64,000 bases of DNA from Candidatus Curtissbacteria bacterium (lineage in GTDB: Bacteria; Patescibacteriota; Microgenomatia; Curtissbacterales; GWA2-41-24), in NCBI GenBank assembly GCA_030647775.1, contig JAUSJC010000010.1, forward strand, positions 136,718 through 200,717, given 5' to 3'. The position numbers and the translations under genes are program-made. This document shows positions 58,739 through 64,000 of this stretch, in pieces. The notes under the pieces were generated by a model. The model saw only the letters and a program-made list of their open reading frames with translations, had not been told where the DNA came from and did no database searches. Within the stretch, counting starts at the first letter, position 1. Each line of letters opens with the position of its first letter.

Positions 58739-59706
58739 TAGATAAAAGACTTGTTATTAAAAATATCCCAAACGCCATAGATACAATCAATATTCCGAAA
58801 CTTGGAAAGAGAAATAGCGGCAAAGTCCGGGACTGGTACACAAAGGACAATCTGCGCATTCTTATTGCTACCGACAGAATTTCGGCTTTTGATAGGGTTT
58901 TGGGAACTGTCCCTTTCCGTGGAGCCGTTTTAAATCTCCTTTCAAAATTTTGGTTTGAAAAGACGCGAGATATTGTCCAAAACCACATGATTGGCACAAT
59001 TGATCCAAATGTTATGCTCGTTTCCGAGTGCCAAGCGCTCCCCGTTGAAGTTATTGTCCGCGGTTACATAACCGGTGTTACGCACACTTCGTTGTGGAGA
59101 AAATACTCCGAAGGGGAGAGAGTAATTTACGGCATAAAGTTTCCTGAAGGCTTAGTCAAAAACCAAAAACTCAAAAAACCGGTAATTACTCCGACTACCA
59201 GGGCAACCGCTCCGGGTGGGCATGATGAACCAATTACAGCAAAAGAGATTATAAAACAAAAATTAGTTTCCCCAAAAATTTGGAACCAAATCGAAAAAGT
59301 GGCAATTAAATTATTTGAAAGAGGTACTCGAATAGCCGATAAAGGCGGATTTGTTTTGGCAGACACTAAATACGAATTCGGCTTGGATAAGAACGGTAAA
59401 TTGATTCTAATTGATGAAATTCATACACCGGACAGCAGCCGTTTTTGGCTTAAAAGCACTTACAGGCAAAAATTTAAAAAAGGCGAAGAGGTAGAAAATT
59501 ACGATAAGGAAGTTATGCGAATATGGTTTGCCGACCAAGGGTATACCGGTCAGGGCAAACCGCCAAAATTATCAGCCGAAGTCGTAACGAAGGTAGCCGG
59601 ACGTTATATGGAAGTATACGAAAAATTAACCGGCGAAGAATTTAAGATAGACCTCTCCATTCCACAAAAAGAAAGAATCACAAGTAGTCTTGCCGCTTTA
59701 ATTTAA
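58735..59706 (+). CDS. purC: SAICAR synthetase
   Basis: GKVRDWY, TDRISAFD, DTKYEFG and HTPDSSRFW motifs. Confidence 0.92.
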   Translation: MIDKRLVIKNIPNAIDTINIPKLGKRNSGKVRDWYTKDNLRILIATDRISAFDRVLGTVPFRGAVLNLLSKFWFEKTRDIVQNHMIGTIDPNVMLVSECQALPVEVIVRGYITGVTHTSLWRKYSEGERVIYGIKFPEGLVKNQKLKKPVITPTTRATAPGGHDEPITAKEIIKQKLVSPKIWNQIEKVAIKLFERGTRIADKGGFVLADTKYEFGLDKNGKLILIDEIHTPDSSRFWLKSTYRQKFKKGEEVENYDKEVMRIWFADQGYTGQGKPPKLSAEVVTKVAGRYMEVYEKLTGEEFKIDLSIPQKERITSSLAALI

Positions 59707-61227
59707 ATGGTTGCCGTTTTTAATTTTGGAGGGCAATACGCTCATTTAATTGCTAGACGCATCAGAGAATTAGGTGTCAAAAGTGAACTAGTACTACCGG
59801 AAATTTCTTCTCGAGATTTACTTAAGCTTTCTCCACGAGCCTTAATTTTTTCCGGAAGCCCTTTTTCCTGCTACGAAAAAAACGCCCCTCAAGTCAACAA
59901 AAAAATTTACGATTTGGGATTACCTATTTTAGGTATTTGCTACGGTCAGCAGTTAATGGCTTATCAGCTGGGCGGCAACGTTTCACCTCACCAAGACAAA
60001 CAATTCGGCAAAGAAACAATTGAGGTAGTGGTAAGCCCCCTTTTTTCCGGCCTTGCAAGGCATGAGACCGTTTGGTTCTCTCATGGGGATCAGGTAGATA
60101 AACTCCCGGAAGGTTTTAAGATTATTGCGTCAACTAAAAATACCAAAGTCGCGGCTATGGCCAATGACCAAAAGAAATTTTACTGCGTGCAGTTTCATCC
60201 GGAAGTCGTACATACCCCAAAAGGCATGACGATTCTTTCGAATTTTCTTTTCAAGATTGCTGAAGTTAAAAAAGACTGGAATCTAAAAGAGGTCAAAAAA
60301 GAAATGATTACAACTCTTATAAAACAGACAAAAGACGAAAAAGTCTTAATAGCTATTTCCGGCGGGGTAGATTCTTTAGTTGCCGCAGCTCTTTTGAAAG
60401 AAGCAATCGGTACAAGACTTCACTTGCTCTTCATCAATACGGGGCTTCTTCGCAGTTATGATCTCCCCGACCTTGAAAATGTTATTACGAAAGTTAAATT
60501 CAAAAACTTTAAGATTGCCGACAAGGGGAAAGTCTTTTTGAATGCTTTGAAAGGGATTACCGATCCTGAAGAAAAGAGAAAAATTATTGCCGGAATTTAT
60601 TTCAAAACTTTGGAAGAAGAAGCCAAAAAGCTCGGTAATATCAAATTCCTTGGCCAGGGGACAATTTATCCGGACCGTGTCGAATCGGCTCAAACCTCAA
60701 AGCACGCCGACAAAATCAAAAGCCACCACAACGTTACACTCCCCTCGGGACTAAAGTTAGAGTTGGTAGAACCATTGTCAGAGTTTTACAAAGATGAGGT
60801 AAGGGCAATCGGTAAACTTATGGGCTTGCCTGGTGAGTTTCTAGGCCGCCATCCGTTTCCGGGCCCCGGGCTAGCAATCAGGATTTTAGGAGAAGTAACC
60901 ACAGAAAGGCTCGACATTTTAAGATTAGTCGACGCAATCTTTATTGAAGAGCTAAAACTTTCCGGATTATATAATAAGGTAGGACAAGCACTTGCCGCCC
61001 TTCTTCCCGTCAAATCCGTAGGGGTCATGGGGGATAGCCGCACCTACTCCTACATTGTTTCGCTAAGAGCTGTCGATACTATTGATTTTATGACAGCAGA
61101 CTGGTCAAAGATCCCATACGCAGTTTTGGAAAAGATATCTTCCAGAATCGTCAACGAAGTCCGCGGCGTTAATCGCGTCGTCTACGACATTACCCAAAAA
61201 CCCCCGGCCACCATCGAATATGAATAA
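59707..61227 (+). CDS. guaA: GMP synthase (glutamine-hydrolysing)
   Basis: N-terminal GATase; AISGGVDS PP-loop; C-terminal dimerisation domain. Confidence 0.95.
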   Translation: MVAVFNFGGQYAHLIARRIRELGVKSELVLPEISSRDLLKLSPRALIFSGSPFSCYEKNAPQVNKKIYDLGLPILGICYGQQLMAYQLGGNVSPHQDKQFGKETIEVVVSPLFSGLARHETVWFSHGDQVDKLPEGFKIIASTKNTKVAAMANDQKKFYCVQFHPEVVHTPKGMTILSNFLFKIAEVKKDWNLKEVKKEMITTLIKQTKDEKVLIAISGGVDSLVAAALLKEAIGTRLHLLFINTGLLRSYDLPDLENVITKVKFKNFKIADKGKVFLNALKGITDPEEKRKIIAGIYFKTLEEEAKKLGNIKFLGQGTIYPDRVESAQTSKHADKIKSHHNVTLPSGLKLELVEPLSEFYKDEVRAIGKLMGLPGEFLGRHPFPGPGLAIRILGEVTTERLDILRLVDAIFIEELKLSGLYNKVGQALAALLPVKSVGVMGDSRTYSYIVSLRAVDTIDFMTADWSKIPYAVLEKISSRIVNEVRGVNRVVYDITQKPPATIEYE

Positions 61228-61249
61228 CCACTAATATACTAGTATATTA

Positions 61250-61822
61250 GTGCCAAACAACATGAATAAAATTAGGCCAAAAGACCTGGTTGTCGTCACA
61301 AGCAATATTAGTAAACTGGCGGAGATTAATCAGATTCTTGGCACGAGTCACAAAGTATCAACGCTCGATGTCCCAGAAATCCAGTCACTCAATCTTAATG
61401 AAGTAATTACGGCTAAAGCAAAAACCGCTTACGAAAAAATTAAAAAACCGGTTTTAGTAACTGATGTAAGTTTAGAAATTGAAGCATTGGGAGGCCTACC
61501 CGGCCCATTCGTAAAATTCTTTCTAAAAACTTTGGGAGCCGAAAAAACCGTTAGCCTTATTAAAGGAAAGAACACTAAAACTAAAGTTACCGACGCCATT
61601 GCCCTCTACGACGGCAAAAGCCTCAAAATTTTTAAAGGTGAAGTTCATGGTCATTTAATATCAAAGGCCAGAGGCAGTCACGGTTTTGGATTCGACTTTG
61701 TTTTTGTTCCGGACGGATACGAAAAAACTTACTCCGAAATGTCACCAACAGAAAAAAATAAAATTTCCCACCGCGCCCTGGCATTAAAAAAACTCAAAAA
61801 ATATTTATCCCATGTATCTTAG
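61250..61822 (+). CDS. rdgB: Non-canonical purine NTP pyrophosphatase (Ham1/RdgB family)
   Basis: 190 aa. FGFDFVFVPDGYEKTYSEMSPTEKNKISHRALALKKL. Confidence 0.88.
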   Translation: MPNNMNKIRPKDLVVVTSNISKLAEINQILGTSHKVSTLDVPEIQSLNLNEVITAKAKTAYEKIKKPVLVTDVSLEIEALGGLPGPFVKFFLKTLGAEKTVSLIKGKNTKTKVTDAIALYDGKSLKIFKGEVHGHLISKARGSHGFGFDFVFVPDGYEKTYSEMSPTEKNKISHRALALKKLKKYLSHVS

Positions 61823-64000
61823 TGCCAAAATAAGATCCAGGGCCAGAGGTTCAACTCTCGCCAGAGCTGAAATAAAAACTCTAAAACCTTGTAAAGCCGT
61901 TTTTCTCCACCAGCCTTCCCTTTTTGCCCTAATATCTCCTTGGCCGGTGCAAAACCCTCCGCAGGTTTATCTGGTGCCGTACCAACGCTTCCGATAATCG
62001 GGCCTGTATTGACCTCATTGGAAAAAGCGCTCTTATTACCTATCTGGTCCAGCGCCGTAAGCGCAAAGTAGAAAGTCTCTGAAGGTAACCTTTTAACTTG
62101 ATAGCTGCCAACATTACCGACTTTTGCCGCAAAATCATATTTTGTGCCTTGTCTTCCATACCAAATAATATAGTCAATAGCATCTAAAACCTTTTCCCAC
62201 GATAAATAAACTGTTCCCTGACCAACCCCGCCCAAAGTCAAAGTTGGCTTGGCGGGTCCAGTCCGATCCACCCAAAGGTCAAGAGAGCTTGAAGATATAT
62301 TTCCTCCCCAATCATAAGCGTTCACGGTCACATAATACTTGCCTTCGCGTGTCAAACCGCGTATTAAGTATTCGGATGTCTTATTATCAACCTCCGCGGA
62401 TTTTTCTTCGCCGGTGGCTTCATGCTTCCATCGCACAATATACTTGACAAGCCTTAAATTATCGTCGGATTCTTGCCAGCTAACCTTAACCGAATCCAGA
62501 CTTGTTGGATTCGTTTCGGCTTTAAAATCTTTCGAGACAGTAGGTTTTGTTGTATCGGCGGAAGCAACAAAAGTAGTTAGGTGGCAGGCATCGATCCATA
62601 TGGTATTTGGCGAGTGACTTGTACCCATTTTCGCAGTACAGCCGGCCGCAGCCAACCCGCCTAAATCGTCATAACTTTGCCAACTGGAAAGCGTGTCGTT
62701 ATAAAAAAAGAAACCAACTAGCTGGTCTTTATTGGCAATATCAGAAGTGGGGAATTTGCTATCATTATAAGGAACTTCAAAGCGAATTGGCCAATTAATA
62801 CTTGCTCCCGAATTAACATCAACAGTGTAATAGGAATCGAAAGTAACAGCCTTTGTGTTAGTACCCTCAAGAGGTGAACCCGAGACTTGGCCCGCGACAA
62901 TTGTCGCCCCGCCGCTTCCGGCAGTTGCCTTAAAAGTCAACGTTCCAACAATTTTTGTAATTGAACCGCCAGGCCCTAAATTGACACCGCCCAAAACCTG
63001 ATAACTTTTTACACCGGAGGCAGTTACAATTGTGCTGTAATCTACTGTACCCAGACTGCTACTATCAACGCTATGAATAATAAGCCTTTCAATGTCGGCT
63101 AGGTTTCCGGTTCCCCAGTCATTGTTCTTGGCATCTATGGCTGTACTGCTTTGGTTATTAACCGCCACAGTATTATTGGTAAAAGTGTTATTGTTGACTA
63201 CCACAGCGCCCAAGACCCCTGCGCTTATGGCAATACCAGTAGCAAAATCGCCGATATTAGCATTCTTAACGGTTACCGACCCAGAGGCGATTGTTATACC
63301 AACCCCGCTTCCGCCGCCGGATAGGGTGTAATTGCCAGAATCTCCGAGTAGCGCGAGTGGTTTGCTAATGGTTAAATTTTCCGAGTAAGTACCCGGTCTT
63401 ACTTTAACTACTGCGCCGGAGTTTGCAATATCAATAGCTTTCCCAATCGTTTTATAACAAGGTGCTTGCAGATTACATGTAAAATCCGAAGTATCGGCAA
63501 AAACTAGATTGCGCGACGTTGGAGTATTGTTGGCAAGCCCCGCAGTCGGCAGCTCAAAAACTTGCCAGGTGGTGGATCCGTCAGTTACCCTACCAAAAGA
63601 TTCACCACTTCCAGTTGACCCCAAATTTTGGCCACTGGAACTATTAATAGTCAAGTTGTTTATATTATTGCTATTGTCATACTGAACCCGGTCGATAGTT
63701 GTACCAGAATTGTTGACCAGAAAAATATCCTCGACCCCGCTATTATTTAAAACATTCCCGCTGAAAGCAAAAGCCCTAACCTGGCCGGCAGCAATTGTTC
63801 CACTTAAGTTTATATCTGCCCCGCTGCCGGTAGCGTCCCTAATAGACCAATTGGTCAAATCCAAAGTGGAGGAAGAGTTATTATAGATTTCTACCCACTC
63901 CGGACCGCCAGCCGTTGGCTGGAAAACCACTTCATTTATTAGTACGCTTTGAGTTGTATCATTAACCGGATCCGTAACCACAAAAATCGCAGCCTCAATC
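61819..64000 (-). CDS. Large secreted/surface protein with lamin-tail domain, right-handed beta-helix and two FN3-like domains; N-terminus lies beyond the window
   Basis: The ORF stays open to the window edge. LTD: VLINEVVFQPTAGGPEWVEIYNNSSSTLDLTNWSIRD...GTIAAGQVRAF. Beta-helix repeats (GSVTVKNANIG...VVNNNTFTNNTVAVNN). Two FN3-like modules (VSWQESDD...YYVTVNAYD; VYLSWEKV...YFALTALD). Hydrophobic C-terminus. Confidence 0.75.
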   Translation of the reverse strand, partial: IEAAIFVVTDPVNDTTQSVLINEVVFQPTAGGPEWVEIYNNSSSTLDLTNWSIRDATGSGADINLSGTIAAGQVRAFAFSGNVLNNSGVEDIFLVNNSGTTIDRVQYDNSNNINNLTINSSSGQNLGSTGSGESFGRVTDGSTTWQVFELPTAGLANNTPTSRNLVFADTSDFTCNLQAPCYKTIGKAIDIANSGAVVKVRPGTYSENLTISKPLALLGDSGNYTLSGGGSGVGITIASGSVTVKNANIGDFATGIAISAGVLGAVVVNNNTFTNNTVAVNNQSSTAIDAKNNDWGTGNLADIERLIIHSVDSSSLGTVDYSTIVTASGVKSYQVLGGVNLGPGGSITKIVGTLTFKATAGSGGATIVAGQVSGSPLEGTNTKAVTFDSYYTVDVNSGASINWPIRFEVPYNDSKFPTSDIANKDQLVGFFFYNDTLSSWQSYDDLGGLAAAGCTAKMGTSHSPNTIWIDACHLTTFVASADTTKPTVSKDFKAETNPTSLDSVKVSWQESDDNLRLVKYIVRWKHEATGEEKSAEVDNKTSEYLIRGLTREGKYYVTVNAYDWGGNISSSSLDLWVDRTGPAKPTLTLGGVGQGTVYLSWEKVLDAIDYIIWYGRQGTKYDFAAKVGNVGSYQVKRLPSETFYFALTALDQIGNKSAFSNEVNTGPIIGSVGTAPDKPAEGFAPAKEILGQKGKAGGEKRLYKVLEFLFQLWRELNLWPWILFWH

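Overview
This window reads as the conserved ribosomal-protein / RNA polymerase backbone of a small-genome bacterium, most plausibly a CPR/Patescibacteria lineage. The backbone is rpoB-rpoC, then a split str operon (rpsL-rpsG ... fusA-tuf), then S10-spc-alpha operons with no L30 gene, then recA-recX-rny-hup, dgkA, miaB, miaA, and a purine-nucleotide cluster; almost all genes are on the + strand. A tRNA-Pro sits after rpsI and an RNase P RNA gene (rnpB, minus strand) after the AI-2E permease. Several low-GC insertions interrupt this backbone. (1) A mosaic island between mltG and rpoB carries BrnT/BrnA and Phd/RelE toxin-antitoxin pairs, an unknown zinc-ribbon protein and an EEP-family nuclease, several bounded by short direct repeats. 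(2) A 504-aa protein of unknown function plus a small coiled-coil ORF is inserted between rpsG and fusA. (3) A 2H-phosphoesterase cassette flanked by direct repeats abuts the tRNA-Pro. The window is also full of short dispersed elements. These include an exact 72-nt repeat that puts a C-terminal extension on L22, a hairpin-repeat family in the intergenic spacers, a recurrent AAGCTCTCTTAT promoter-region motif, duplicated structured leaders upstream of rpmJ and rpsM, and an ATGA-coupled chain of two mini-ORFs between secY and adk. A TrpR/YerC-like regulator is flanked by two near-identical 24-bp palindromes, one of them in the recA promoter region. The purine cluster has a PurS-PurL fusion and two archaeal-type PurP (FAICAR synthetase) paralogs flanking purA. 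The window ends in a large surface protein with a lamin-tail domain, beta-helix and FN3 repeats that continues past the window edge. All calls come from reading the sequence and ORF translations; no searches were run.
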